Positions 13,201-27,759 of a stretch of DNA of 64,000 nt are shown here, piece after piece. The notes under the pieces are model-generated. The model worked only from the letters and a program-made list of their open reading frames with translations. It was not told where the DNA came from and did not search any database. The stretch comes from Eledone cirrhosa (taxonomy: Eukaryota). The translations under genes were made by a program, and so were the position numbers. Within the stretch, counting starts at the first letter, position 1; each line of letters begins with the position of its first letter. Location of the stretch: assembly GCA_964016885.1 (NCBI GenBank), contig OZ024747.1, positions 86,056,001 through 86,120,000 on the forward strand. Direction: 5' to 3'.

Positions 13201-16200
13201 GTGGTGGTGGTGCTGTAGTTGTTAGTGGTGGTGGTGGTGCTGCTGTAGTTGTTAGTGGTGGTGGTGGTGCTGTAGTTGTTAGTGGTGGTGGTGGTGCTGT
13301 AGTTGTTGTTGGTGGTGGTGGTGCTGTAGTTGTTAGTGGTGGTGGTGGTGCTGTAGTTGTTAGTGGTGGTGGTGGTGCTGTAGTTGTTAGTGTGGTGCTG
13401 TAGTTGTTAGTGTGGTGGTGGTGCTGTAGTTGTTAGTGGTGGTGGTGGTGCTGTAGTTGTTAGTGTGGTGGTGGTGCTGTAGTTGTTAGTGGTGGTGGTG
13501 GTGCTGTAGTGGTTAGTGGTGGTGGTGGTGCTGTAGTTGTTAGTGGTGGTGGTGGTGCTGTAGTTGTTGGTGGTGGTGGTGCTGTAGTTGTTAGTGGTGG
13601 TGGTGGTGCTGTAGTTGTTAGTGGTGGTGGTGGTGCTGTAGTTGTTGGTGGTGGTGGTGGTGCTGTAGTTGTTAGTGGTGGTGGTGGTGCTGTAGTTGTT
13701 AGTGTGGTGGTGGTGCTGTAGTTGTTAGTGTTGGTGGTGGTGCTGTAGTTGTTAGTGGTGGTGGTTGTGCTGTAGTTGTTGGTGGTGGTGGTGGTGCTGT
13801 AGTTGTTAGTGGTGGTGGTGGTGCTGTAGTTGTTAGTGGTGGTGGTGGTGCTGTAGTTGTTAGTGTGGTGGTGGTGCTGTAGTTGTTAGTGGTGGTGGTG
13901 GTGCTGTAGTTGTTGGTGGTGGTGGTGGTGGTGCTGTAGTTGTTAGTGTTGGTGGTTGTGCTGTAGTTGTTAGTGGTGGTGGTGGTGCTGTAGTTGTTGG
14001 TGGTGGTGGTGTTGCTGTAGTTGTTGGTGGTGGTGGTGGTGCTGTAGTTGTTAGTGGTGGTGGTGGTGCTGTAGTTGTTGGTGGTGGTGGTGCTGTAGTT
14101 GTTGGTGGTGGTGGTGGTGGTGCTGTAGTTGTTAGTGTGGTGGTGGTGCTGTAGTTGTTGTTGGTGGTGGTGGTGCTGTAGTTGTTAGTGGTGGTGGTGG
14201 TGCTGTAGTTGTTAGTGGTGGTGGTGGTGCTGTAGTTGTTAGTGGTGGTGGTGGTGCTGTAGTTGTTGGTGGTGGTGGTGCTGTAGTTGTTAGTGGTGGT
14301 GGTGGTGCTGTAGTTGTTGGTGGTGGTGGTGCTGTAGTTGTTAGTGGTGGTGGTGGTGCTGTAGTTGTTAGTGGTGGTGGTGGTGCTGTAGTTGTTAGTG
14401 GTGGTGGTGGTGCTGTAGTTGTTAGTGGTGGTGGTGGTGCTGTAGTTGTTGGTGGTGGTGGTGGTGTTGTAGTTGTTAGTGGTGGTGGTGGTGCTGTAGT
14501 TGTTAGTGTGGTGGTGGTGCTGTAGTTGTTAGTGGTGGTGGTGCTGTAGTTGTTAGTGGTGGTGGTGGTGCTGTAGTTGTTGGTGGTGGTGGTGGTGCTG
14601 TAGTTGTTGGTGGTGGTGGTGCTGTAGTTGTTAGTGGTGGTGGTGCTGTAGTTGTTGTTGGTGGTGGTGGTGCTGTAGTTGTTAGTGGTGGTGGTGGTGC
14701 TGTAGTTGTTGGTGGTGGTGGTGGTGCTGTAGTTGTTAGTGTGGTGGTGGTGCTGTAGTTGTTGGTGGTGGTGGTGGTGCTGTAGTTGTTAGTGGTGGTG
14801 GTGGTGCTGTAGTTGTTGGTGGTGGTGGTGCTGTAGTTGTTAGTGGTGGTGGTGGTGCTGTAGTTGTTAGTGGTGGTGGTGGTGCTGTAGTTGTTAGTGT
14901 GCTGGTGGTGCTGTAGTTGTTAGTGGTGGTGGTGGTGCTGTAGTTGTTAGTGTGGTGGTGGTGCTGTAGTTGTTGGTGGTGGTGGTGTTGCTGTAGTTGT
15001 TAGTGGTGGTGGTGGTGCTGTAGTTGTTAGTGGTGGTGGTGCTGTAGTTGGTGGTGGTGGTGGTGCTGTAGTTGTTAGTGGTGGTGGTGGTGCTGTAGTG
15101 GTTAGTGGTGGTGGTGGTGCTGTAGTTGTTAGTGGTGGTGGTGGTGCTGTAGTTGTTGTTGGTGGTGGTGGTGCTGTAGTTGTTAGTGGTGGTGGTGGTG
15201 CTGTAGTTGTTAGTGGTGGTGGTGGTGTAGTTGTTAGTGGTGGTGGTGTTGCTGTAGTTGTTAGTGGTGGTGGTGGTGGTGTAGTTGTTAGTGGTGGTGG
15301 TGGTGCTGTAGTTGTTGGTGGTGGTGGTGGTGCTGTAGTTGTTAGTGGTGGTGGTGCTGTAGTTGGTGGTGGTGGTGGTGCTGTAGTTGTTGGTGGTGGT
15401 GGTGGTGCTGTAGTTGTTAGTGGTGGTGGTGTTGTAGTTGGTGGTGGTGGTGGTGCTGTAGTTGTTAGTGGTGGTGGTGGTGCTGTAGTTGTTGGTGGTG
15501 GTGGTGCTGTAGTTGTTAGTGGTGGTGGTGGTGCTGTAGTTGTTGTTGGTGGTGGTGGTGCTGTAGTTGTTAGTGGTGGTGGTGGTGCTGTAGTTGTTAG
15601 TGGTGGTGGTGGTGTAGTTGTTAGTGGTGGTGGTGTTGCTGTAGTTGTTAGTGGTGGTGGTGGTGGTGTAGTTGTTAGTGGTGGTGGTGGTGCTGTAGTT
15701 GTTGGTGGTGGTGGTGGTGCTGTAGTTGTTAGTGGTGGTGGTGCTGTAGTTGGTGGTGGTGGTGGTGCTGTAGTTGTTGGTGGTGGTGGTGTTGCTGTAG
15801 TTGTTAGTGGTGGTGGTGGTGCTGTAGTTGTTAGTGTGGTGGTGGTGCTGTAGTTGTTGGTGGTGGTGGTGGTGCTGTAGTTGTTAGTGGTGGTGGTGGT
15901 GCTGTAGTTGTTGGTGGTGGTGGTGCTGTAGTTGTTAGTGGTGGTGGTGGTGCTGTAGTTGTTAGTGTGGTGGTGGTGCTGTAGTTGTTGGTGGTGGTGG
16001 TGTTGCTGTAGTTGTTAGTGGTGGTGGTGCTGTAGTTGTTAGTGGTGGTGGTGGTGCTGTAGTTGTTAGTGGTGGTGGTGCTGTAGTTGTTAGTGGTGGT
16101 GGTGCTGTAGTTGGTGGTGGTGGTGGTGGTGCTGTAGTTGTTGGTGGTGCTGGTGGTGCTGTAGTTGTTAGTGGTGGTGGTGGTTGTGCTGTAGTTGTTG

Positions 16201-19200
16201 GTGCTGGTGGTGGTGGTGCTGTAGTTGTTGTTGGTGGTGGTGGTGCTGTAGTTGTTGGTGGTGGTGGTGCTGTAGTGGTTAGTGGTGGTGGTGGTGCTGT
16301 AGTTGTTGTTGGTGGTGGTAGTGCTGTAGTTGTTGTTGGTGGTGGTGGTGCTGTAGTTGTTGTTGTTGGTGGTGGTGGTGTAGTTGTTAGTGTGCTGGTG
16401 GTGCTGTAGTTGTTAGTGGTGGTGGTGGTGTAGTTGTTAGTGGTGGTGGTGGTGTAGTTGTCAGTGGTGGTGGTGGTGCTGTAGTTGTTAGTGTGCTGGT
16501 GCTGTAGTTGTTAGTGGTGGTGGTGGTGTAGTTGTTAGTGGTGGTGGTGGTGTAGTTGTCAGTGGTGGTGGTGGTGCTGTAGTTGTTAGTGTGCTGGTGC
16601 TGTAGTTGTTAGTGGTGGTGGTGGTGTAGTTGTTAGTGGTGGTGGTGGTGTAGTTGTCAGTGGTGGTGGTGGTGCTGTAGTTGTTAGTGTGGTGGTGGTG
16701 GTGTAGTTGTTAGTGTGCTGGTGGTGCTGTAGTTGTTAGTGGTGGTGGTGGTGTAGTTGTTAGTGGTGGTGGTGGTGTAGTTGTCAGTGGTGGTGGTGGT
16801 GCTGTAGTTGTTAGTGTGCTGGTGCTGTAGTTGTTAGTGGTGGTGGTGGTGTAGTTGTTAGTGGTGGTGGTGGTGTAGTTGTCAGTGGTGGTGGTGGTGC
16901 TGTAGTTGTTGGTGGTGGTGTTCCTGTAGTTGTTAGTGGTGGTGGTGGTGCTGTAGTTGGTGCTGGTGGTGGTGGTGCTGTAGTTGTTGGTGTTGGTGGT
17001 GGTGCTGTAGTTGTTAGTGGTGGTGGTGCTGTAGTTGTTGTTGGTGGTGGTGTAGTTGTTGGTGCTGGTGGTGGTGGTGCTGTAGTTGTTAGTGGTGGTG
17101 GTGGTGCTGTAGTTGTTGTTGGTGGTGGTGGTGGTGTAGTTGTTAGTGTGCTGGTGGTGCTGTAGTTGTTAGTGGTGGTGGTGCTGTAGTTGTTAGTGGT
17201 GGTGGTGCTGTAGTTGTTGTTAGTGGTGGTGGTGGTGCTGTAGTTGTTAGTGGTGGTGGTGTTGCTGTAGTTGTTGGTGGTGGTGGTGGTGGTGCTGTAG
17301 TTGTTGTTGGTGGTGGTGGTGCTGTAGTTGTTAGTGTGGTGGTGGTGCTGTAGTTGTTAGTGTGGTGGTGGTGCTGTAGTTGTTAGTGGTGGTGGTGGTG
17401 GTGCTGTAGTTGTTGTTGGTGGTGGTGGCGCTGTAGTTGTTAGTGGTGGTGGTGGTGCTGTAGTTGTTGGTGGTGGTGGTGGTGGTGCTGTAGTTGTTAG
17501 TGGTGGTGGTGGTGCTGCTGTAGTTGTTAGTGGTGGTGGTGGTGCTGCAGTTGTTAGTGGTGGTGGTGGTGCTGTAGTTGTTAGTGGTGGTGGTGGTGCT
17601 GTAGTTGTTGGTGGTGGTGGTGGTGCTGTAGTTGTTAGTGGTGGTGGTGGTGCTGTAGTTGTTAGTGGTGGTGGTGGTGCTGTAGTTGTTAGTGTGGTGG
17701 TGGTGCTGTAGTTGTTAGTGTGGTGGTGGTGCTGTAGTTGTTAGTGGTGGTGGTGGTGCTGTAGTTGTTAGTGTGGTGGTGGTGCTGTAGTTGTTAGTGG
17801 TGGTGGTGGTGCTGTAGTGGTTAGTGGTGGTGGTGGTGCTGTAGTTGTTAGTGGTGGTGGTGGTGCTGTAGTTGTTGGTGGTGGTGGTGCTGTAGTTGTT
17901 AGTGGTGGTGCTGTAGTTGGTGGTGGTGGTGGTGCTGTAGTTGTTGTTGGTGGTGGTGGTGCTGTAGTTGTTGGTGGTGGTGGTGGTGCTGTAGTTGTTA
18001 GTGGTGGTGGTGGTGCTGTAGTTGTTGTTGGTGGTGGTGGTGCTGTAGTTGTTAGTGTGGTGGTGGTGCTGTAGTTGTTGGTGGTGGTGGTGGTGCTGTA
18101 GTTGTTAGTGGTGGTGGTGGTGCTGTAGTTGTTGTTGGTGGTGGTGGTGCTGTAGTTGTTAGTGTGGTGGTGGTGCTGTAGTTGTTAGTGGTGGTGGTGG
18201 TGCTGTAGTTGTTAGTGGTGGTGGTGGTGCTGTAGTTGTTGGTGGTGGTGGTGGTGCTGTAGTTGTTAGTGGTGGTGGTGGTGCTGTAGTTGTTGGTGGT
18301 GGTGCTGTAGTTGTTAGTGGTGGTGGTGGTGCTGTAGTTGTTGTTGGTGGTGGTGGTGCTGTAGTTGTTAGTGTGGTGGTGGTGCTGTAGTTGTTAGTGG
18401 TGGTGGTGGTGCTGTAGTTGTTGGTGGTGGTGGTGGTGCTGTAGTTGTTGGTGGTGGTGGTGGTGCTGTAGTTGTTGTTGGTGGTGGTGGTGCTGTAGTT
18501 GTTAGTGTGGTGGTGGTGCTGTAGTTGTAAGTGGTGGTGGTGGTGCTGTAGTTGTTAGTGGTGGTGGTGGTGCTGTAGTTGTTGGTGGTGGTGGTGGTGC
18601 TGTAGTTGTTAGTGGTGGTGGTGGTGCTGTAGTTGTTAGTGGTGGTGGTGGTGCTGTAGTTGTTAGTGTGGTGGTGGTGCTGTAGTTGTTAGTGGTGGTG
18701 GTGGTGCTGTAGTTGTTGGTGGTGGTGGTGCTGTAGTTGTTAGTGTTGGTGGTTGTGCTGTAGTTGTTAGTGGTGGTGGTGGTGCTGTAGTTGTTGGTGG
18801 TGGTGGTGTTGCTGTAGTTGTTGGTGGTGGTGGTGGTGCTGTAGTTGTTAGTGGTGGTGGTGGTGCTGTAGTTGTTGGTGGTGGTGGTGCTGTAGTTGTT
18901 GGTGGTGGTGGTGGTGGTGCTGTAGTTGTTAGTGTGGTGGTGGTGCTGTAGTTGTTGTTGGTGGTGGTGGTGCTGTAGTTGTTAGTGGTGGTGGTGGTGC
19001 TGTAGTTGTTAGTGGTGGTGGTGGTGCTGTAGTTGTTAGTGGTGGTGGTGGTGCTGTAGTTGTTAGTGGTGGTGGTGGTGCTGTAGTTGTTGGTGGTGGT
19101 GGTGCTGTAGTTGTTAGTGGTGGTGGTGGTGCTGTAGTTGTTGGTGGTGGTGGTGCTGTAGTTGTTAGTGGTGGTGGTGGTGCTGTAGTTGTTAGTGGTG

Positions 19201-21860
19201 GTGGTGGTGCTGTAGTTGTTAGTGGTGGTGGTGGTGCTGTAGTTGTTAGTGGTGGTGGTGGTGCTGTAGTTGTTGGTGGTGGTGGTGGTGCTGTAGTTGT
19301 TAGTGGTGGTGGTGGTGCTGTAGTTGTTAGTGTGGTGGTGGTGCTGTAGTTGTTAGTGGTGGTGGTGCTGTAGTTGTTAGTGGTGGTGGTGGTGCTGTAG
19401 TTGTTGGTGGTGGTGGTGGTGCTGTAGTTGTTGGTGGTGGTGGTGCTGTAGTTGTTAGTGGTGGTGGTGCTGTAGTTGTTGTTGGTGGTGGTGGTGCTGT
19501 AGTTGTTAGTGGTGGTGGTGGTGCTGTAGTTGTTAGTGGTGTTGGTGGTGCTGTAGTTGTTAGTGTGGTGGTGGTGCTGTAGTTGTTGGTGGTGGTGGTG
19601 GTGCTGTAGTTGTTAGTGGTGGTGGTGGTGCTGTAGTTGTTGGTGGTGGTGGTGCTGTAGTTGTTAGTGGTGGTGGTGGTGCTGTAGTTGTTAGTGGTGG
19701 TGGTGGTGCTGTAGTTGTTAGTGTGCTGGTGGTGCTGTAGTTGTTAGTGGTGGTGGTGGTGCTGTAGTTGTTAGTGTGGTGGTGGTGCTGTAGTTGTTGG
19801 TGGTGGTGGTGTTGCTGTAGTTGTTAGTGGTGGTGGTGGTGCTGTAGTTGTTAGTGGTGGTGGTGCTGTAGTTGGTGGTGGTGGTGGTGCTGTAGTTGTT
19901 AGTGGTGGTGGTGGTGCTGTAGTGGTTAGTGGTGGTGGTGGTGCTGTAGTTGTTAGTGGTGGTGGTGGTGCTGTAGTTGTTGTTGGTGGTGGTGGTGCTG
20001 TAGTTGTTAGTGGTGGTGGTGGTGCTGTAGTTGTTAGTGGTGGTGGTGGTGTAGTTGTTAGTGGTGGTGGTGTTGCTGTAGTTGTTAGTGGTGGTGGTGG
20101 TGGTGTAGTTGTTAGTGGTGGTGGTGGTGCTGTAGTTGTTGGTGGTGGTGGTGGTGCTGTAGTTGTTAGTGGTGGTGGTGCTGTAGTTGGTGGTGGTGGT
20201 GGTGCTGTAGTTGTTGGTGGTGGTGGTGGTGCTGTAGTTGTTAGTGGTGGTGGTGCTGTAGTTGTTGTTGGTGGTGGTGGTGGTGTAGTTGTTAGTGGTG
20301 GTGGTGGTGCTGTAGTTGTTAGTGGTGGTGGTGGTGCTGTAGTTGTTGGTGGTGGTGGTGCTGTAGTTGTTAGTGGTGGTGGTGGTGCTGTAGTTGTTGG
20401 TGGTGGTGGTGGTGCTGTAGTTGTTGTTGGTGGTGGTGGTGGTGTAGTTGTTAGTGGTGGTGGTGGTGCTGTAGTTGTTAGTGTGGTGGTGGTGCTGTAG
20501 TTGGTGGTGGTGGTGGTGCTGTAGTTGTTGGTGGTGGTGGTGTTGCTGTAGTTGTTAGTGGTGGTGGTGGTGCTGTAGTTGTTAGTGTGGTGGTGGTGCT
20601 GTAGTTGTTGGTGGTGGTGGTGGTGCTGTAGTTGTTAGTGGTGGTGGTGGTGCTGTAGTTGTTGGTGGTGGTGGTGCTGTAGTTGTTAGTGGTGGTGGTG
20701 GTGCTGTAGTTGTTAGTGTGGTGGTGGTGCTGTAGTTGTTGGTGGTGGTGGTGTTGCTGTAGTTGTTAGTGGTGGTGGTGCTGTAGTTGTTAGTGGTGGT
20801 GGTGGTGCTGTAGTTGTTAGTGGTGGTGGTGCTGTAGTTGTTAGTGGTGGTGGTGCTGTAGTTGGTGGTGGTGGTGGTGGTGCTGTAGTTGTTGGTGGTG
20901 GTGGTGGTGCTGTAGTTGTTAGTGGTGGTGGTGGTGGTGCTGTAGTTGTTGGTGCTGGTGGTGGTGGTGCTGTAGTTGTTGTTGGTGGTGGTGGTGCTGT
21001 AGTTGTTGGTGGTGGTGGTGCTGTAGTGGTTAGTGGTGGTGGTGGTGCTGTAGTTGTTGTTGGTGGTGGTAGTGCTGTAGTTGTTGTTGTTGGTGGTGGT
21101 GCTGTAGTTGTTGTTGGTGGTGGTGGTGCTGTAGTTGTTAGTGGTGGTGGTGGTGCTGTAGTTGTTAGTGGTGGTGGTGGTGCTGTAGTTGTTGTTGTTG
21201 GTGGTGGTGGTGTAGTTGTTAGTGTGCTGGTGGTGTTGTAGTTGTTAGTGGTGGTGGTGGTGTAGTTGTTAGTGGTGGTGGTGGTGTAGTTGTCAGTGGT
21301 GGTGGTGGTGCTGTAGTTGTTAGTGTGCTGGTGCTGTAGTTGTTAGTGGTGGTGGTGGTGTAGTTGTTAGTGGTGGTGGTGGTGTAGTTGTCAGTGGTGG
21401 TGGTGGTGCTGTAGTTGTTAGTGTGCTGGTGCTGTAGTTGTTAGTGGTGGTGGTGGTGTAGTTGTTAGTGGTGGTGGTGGTGTAGTTGTCAGTGGTGGTG
21501 GTGGTGCTGTAGTTGTTAGTGTGGTGGTGGTGGTGTAGTTGTTAGTGTGCTGGTGGTGCTGTAGTTGTTAGTGGTGGTGGTGGTGTAGTTGTTAGTGGTG
21601 GTGGTGGTGTAGTTGTCAGTGGTGGTGGTGGTGCTGTAGTTGTTAGTGTGCTGGTGCTGTAGTTGTTAGTGGTGGTGGTGGTGTAGTTGTTAGTGGTGGT
21701 GGTGGTGTAGTTGTCAGTGGTGGTGGTGGTGCTGTAGTTGGTGGTGGTGGTGTTGCTGTAGTTGTTAGTGGTGGTGGTGGTGCTGTAGTTGTTGGTGTGC
21801 TGGTGCTGCTGTAGTTGTTAGTGGTGCTGGTGCTGCTGCAGCTGTAGTTAATCTTGTTGT
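10286..21860. repeat. ~11.6-kb G/T-rich satellite, ~27-bp unit (agt/ggt)ggtggtggtggtgctgtagttgtt
   Basis: Directly visible; about 400 units with triplet indels and 26-bp variants. Confidence 0.97.
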
Positions 21861-21996
21861 TGCTGATGTTGTTGTTATTGCTGTTGACGTCAAGTGATGT
21901 CGTGAACTCTTATCTTTTAGTCAGATGGTTCGTTGTTCACAGTGAAACGATCCGCGTCACACACACACATACACATACATACACATACATACACAC

Positions 21997-22029
<33 letters not shown>

Positions 22030-22076
22030 CATGCACATACACACACACACACACTCACTCACACACTCACACACAT

Positions 22077-22109
<33 letters not shown>

Positions 22110-22187
22110 CACGCACACACACATGCACGCACACACACGCACACACACATATATATATATATACATACATGCACATAAACACACACA

Positions 22188-22302
<115 letters not shown>

Positions 22303-22749
22303 TTAAACAGTAATTTACATAAACATTCACACATTCACACATTTCCATATGCACATGACACTCACCCAAACATTCGCACATAGAAACAGAGATAAACACA
22401 TACACAGATACACACACACATACACACACATGCACACACACACGCAAACACAGGGACACTACAGAAAGCACAGAAGCGGGAAATAGTGACAGTGGAAGTG
22501 TTTTTGTGAGATCGAGAGTGCATGTGTGTGTATGTTGTGTGTGTGTGTGTACGTTGTGTATGCAACATTATGTGTGTGCGTTGTGTGAGTGTGTGAAAGA
22601 TTGTGTATGTGTGTGCCTTTATATGCACATTGTGTGTGTGTGTCTCCGTGTGCGTCTGTGTGAGTGTGTGTGTCTTTTGTGTATGTGAGTACGAGTGCGT
22701 ACAGATGTGAACAGTTGCAGATATATATTGGCTGAGAGATCTATCTATC

Positions 22750-22826
<77 letters not shown>

Positions 22827-22956
22827 AATGAATAATAACAGGTAGGCATCATAAAAAGGTAATTTATTCTGTGTGCTTACAAATGTTTCCACGGTGGTTA
22901 TACAGCCTAGTTATGCTATGTGCAAATTAATAACTGCATCCAGGATAATCCTATAC

Positions 22957-23760
<804 letters not shown>

Positions 23761-24037
23761 CCAGTCCTCTCGCATGAAAACAATTGGAACTTTGCTCTTC
23801 CCTTGGAGAAGGGAAATTGCATGCATAGTCGACTGCTGGTCTTCAACAAACATATCTTACCCAGGCTTGCCCTTTGTGCAAACACAAAAATGTGTTCTCT
23901 GTTCAGCCTTTATTGTTGTAACTATCAATTTTCTTTAACGTACTGGCTACTGAACTGGGTGTAGAGGAGTTCCTGAAAAGATAAAATGCCGGTATACCTA
24001 GCCGGACGCCAGCGGGACGGGCTAGCTAGTATATATA

Positions 24038-24197
24038 TAGGAAAAGAGTCACTAGTTCGGATCTAGCTGTCGAAACGGCCGGAGCTCAGCCGTCGGGGTC
24101 CTGACTCTTTTCCTATTACCCACTCTAGTACCCTAAGTATCGAGTACTCTGGTGCGTTATGGTCCACCTGGTTCCTTACCACATTTTCTTTGTTTAT
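24038..24197 (+). mobile_element. PLE-derived fold-back (family B)
   Basis: aggaaaagagtca/tgactcttttcct arms; GAAACggc...gccGTCggggtc hammerhead 3' half. Confidence 0.7.
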
Positions 24198-24770
24198 ATA
24201 TATATATATATTCACTATATATGTGTGTGTGTGTGTGTGTGTGATATTCCTTATTATGCCAAATTGAAGATTCTTGTTTCTCTGGAGTTATTAACGTGTG
24301 TATTCACGGGGTCATCAGACAAGCATGTAGGATGACCCTGTGAGTAAATGGATGATGTTCTTGATTGTGTACGTGTGTGCTTGTGTTTACGTTGGCGTCT
24401 ATGATTATGTCCCCTAACTTAACGGTTTGACGGAAGTGTGGTCTTATCACCAAGTGTGGTCTTATCACCAAGTTGAAACAATATATGCACGGCAGCAGGC
24501 TAACGAATAAAGCCAGTCAGAGAACTCATGTGTACGTGTGTGTTTGTGTGTATATACACACACATATACATGTACGTATGTATCGTATATATCGATCTAG
24601 TTCAGTTTGTGAGATGTTGACATTGACAGGACAGTGACGTAGCGTCTGGGACTACTGCGTCAGCTGTCTGTCAGCTGACTATAACATATATATGTACACA
24701 CATACACACATACATATATATATATTATACATATATATATATTTATATATATATACATATATATATATAC

Positions 24771-24833
<63 letters not shown>

Positions 24834-24882
24834 TGTATGTATGTATGTATGTATGTATGTATGTATGTATATATGTATACAC

Positions 24883-24934
<52 letters not shown>

Positions 24935-24979
24935 GTACATATATACATACATATATATGTACATGTATACATACATACA

Positions 24980-25043
<64 letters not shown>

Positions 25044-25057
25044 ACACACACACACAC

Positions 25058-25089
<32 letters not shown>

Positions 25090-26140
25090 ACCAAACTTTG
25101 ACAGGAAGAATAGCCTTAAATTTCTTGTTCATGTTATATGAAGGTCTCACCAAACCTGAACTATCCTGAGCCCCCCCCCCCTCCCTCCCATATCTAAATC
25201 CGGACCTGCATGTATGTATATACTGGACCCATATAGACATATATATATATATATTGACGCCTATATACACAGGTGTATAATTAGCTCCATAAGTCAATTT
25301 CACATTTGTTTGTCCATATTTTGTATGTATTTTTTATAACAACTTCTACGGGCTGGTTCGTTGTGACCCTTTCTTAAATAAATTTGCAGCTAACGTATTC
25401 TCAAAATCTAAAATCTAAAATGGAAATTAAAAACATATTATTGGCAAAACTTTTATTGGATATTTCAATCGTTAACGCGATTAATGAGCCTCTGTATTTT
25501 TCGCTCTAACTTACTTCATGTTATTGCTAGCACGGTATTACCAATGTTTTGCATTGTGGGCTGGAGGGCATGGCCATAGAGGTGCTATTCTTGCTTAACC
25601 AGTGACTATAAGCTTGCCAAGAGTTGATATGTGTTGCTATCAATTATAGCCTATTGCACACTGACACCAAAACATTAGTTTAATGTCAGCGATCAAGGTC
25701 GAGTGGAGCAATTGGGAATTTGATAACCAGTCAGGTTCTTGACCGAAACCAGCGTTGCATGACGGTAAATCCAAGTGAAATAATAATAAGACATTAAAGG
25801 GATATACTACTCTAGGAATATGAAGAATAAACAGTAATAACAGTAGTGAATGATTATAAAAATAATTATAAATATTATTAAAAAAATATAAAATAATAAA
25901 TAATTATAATTATAAAAAGTAATTCGCGTATACTCATGTATACTAAACTGTTGGTGAAAATTCCATGGCGCAGACTTATGGCAAACTCGACCGACTCCAT
26001 ATATATATATTAAAAAAACGGATCGATCGACTTTCGTCAAATCGGACCGAGGAAACAATGTTTCCGTTGGTCTTTTCAATTGCTAGTACTATCTATCGGT
26101 CGCAACTCCAGGTAGAAGGAGCAACGTGAAATATATATAT

Positions 26141-26325
26141 ATAGGAAAAGGTATGACCCCGACGGCAGAGCTCAAGCCGTTTCGACGGCTAAATAGCCGT
26201 CGAAACGGCTTGAGCTCTGCCGTCGGCGTTATACCTTTTCCTATCACCCACTCTACTACTCTAAGTATTGAGTACTCTGGTGCGTTATGGTCCACCTGGT
26301 TCCTTACCACAATTCCCTCGTTATA
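26141..26325 (+). mobile_element. PLE-derived palindromic fold-back (family B)
   Basis: ~50-bp inverted arms centred at ~26192, plus a tail shared with 24115-24197, 39072-39170 and 58394-58475. Confidence 0.75.
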
Positions 26326-26344
26326 TATTTATATATATATATAT

Positions 26345-26600
26345 AGGCGAAAGACCCCCTTCGGTCACGAATGACCATAGGATTTGCACATAGACGCTTC
26401 CTATCCGAGGCACAAGTCAGGACAAGGTTGTGTGACCATCAGACGCCCATGCATACCAGTCTCCCCTCTCCACGCCACTGATGTTGTCCAAAGGAGAGGC
26501 AAAGTTCGAAAAGTGACTTGCTCAAGAATACAACGCAAGGCCATGTCCGAGAATAGAACTCACAACCTCATGATTGTAAATCCGACGATCTAACTATTCC
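26345..26600 (-). mobile_element. tRNA-derived SINE (internally deleted)
   Basis: The minus strand has a tRNA-like head (ggttgtgagttctattc) followed by ttcttgagcaag. Confidence 0.6.
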
Positions 26601-26912
26601 TGTACAGGCAATATTTATTAGAATGCTTTTGAAGTGTGTATACATTTTTGTATATATATATATATATATATTATAGCTGTTTGTGTGTATGTATGTGTGT
26701 AAGAGTGTCTGTTTATATGCGTACATGTTAGCGTCACATATGTATTAATGTTAATGAATTGTAAATGTTTTTATATGCATGCTAGAATAAATAAATTCAA
26801 AGCAGTTACCGAATATAAATAGATATGAACCGCATAACACTTGACCATCCCATACTTATACATATATATATATATATTATATTATATTATATTATATATA
26901 TATATATATATA

Positions 26913-27759
26913 CTAGCAGTGGTACCCGGCGTTGCACGGGATAAGGTATTTTGGAACTCGGGCCGCCAACAGACCTAATCGTGAAAAAACTGCATGCCTG
27001 GACAATATGTAAAGAAAATAAACCGAATACTCTGATGGTTGGATAATATTTAAGATTTTCCTCGATGATGCAGGAAAAATGCAGGGGATCAATAAAATGA
27101 ATTTTTTTTATGTGCATAATATGCCTTGAAATTTCGGGAGAATCGGCTAGACGTAACGCCTCAAAAAAGGCCTAAAAAGCTGAAAAAATGAAGTTTTTCA
27201 CCTAATGCGGGCCCTAGGCCATAAAAAAGTTGGATTTTCTTTGCTTACGGTTTGAAGAAGAGACTGACTAATACATAGTTACAATTTTAAGGAAATCAGT
27301 CTGACGTAACGCCTCAAAAAGCCCCTAAAAACCTGAAAAAATGCAGTTTTCACCTAATGCGGGTCCTAGGGGATCAAAAAGTTGAATTTTGCATAACACT
27401 CCCTGAAACATAAGTAATACACATGTAAAGTTTGAAAAAAGTCAGTTGGGTACTTCTCGAGTTTTAGGGAATCAAACTCACAGACACACACACAGACAGA
27501 CATCCTCAGGGAAGTGACGTAATGCACATAGCCAGACAAACAGACAGATATTATAAGGGCGCGACGTTATATGTATGTATCTATCTAAAAAGAGAAAGAC
27601 TAAGAATTATAGAGAGAGATCGCTAAATCGCCTAATGCGGTCCCTAATTTTTTTGTTCAGAACACTCCCTGAAACATGTTTAAAGTTTGAAAACAGTCGG
27701 TTGGGTGCTTCTCGGGTTTCAGTGATTCAAACTCACACACACACAGACAGACATCCTCA

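Noticed and set aside
13509-21241. Gly/Val-rich ORFs (SGGGGAVVV)n
   Set aside because: Satellite reading frames opened by sporadic GTG codons and closed by frameshifting units
22870-22950. Minus-strand GAAAC-attt-GTA-agcac
   Set aside because: Only a 3' half; no matching core or stem I upstream
24270-24350. Hairpin and minus-strand CTGATGA...GAAAC
   Set aside because: No stem III/UH/stem I arrangement could be built
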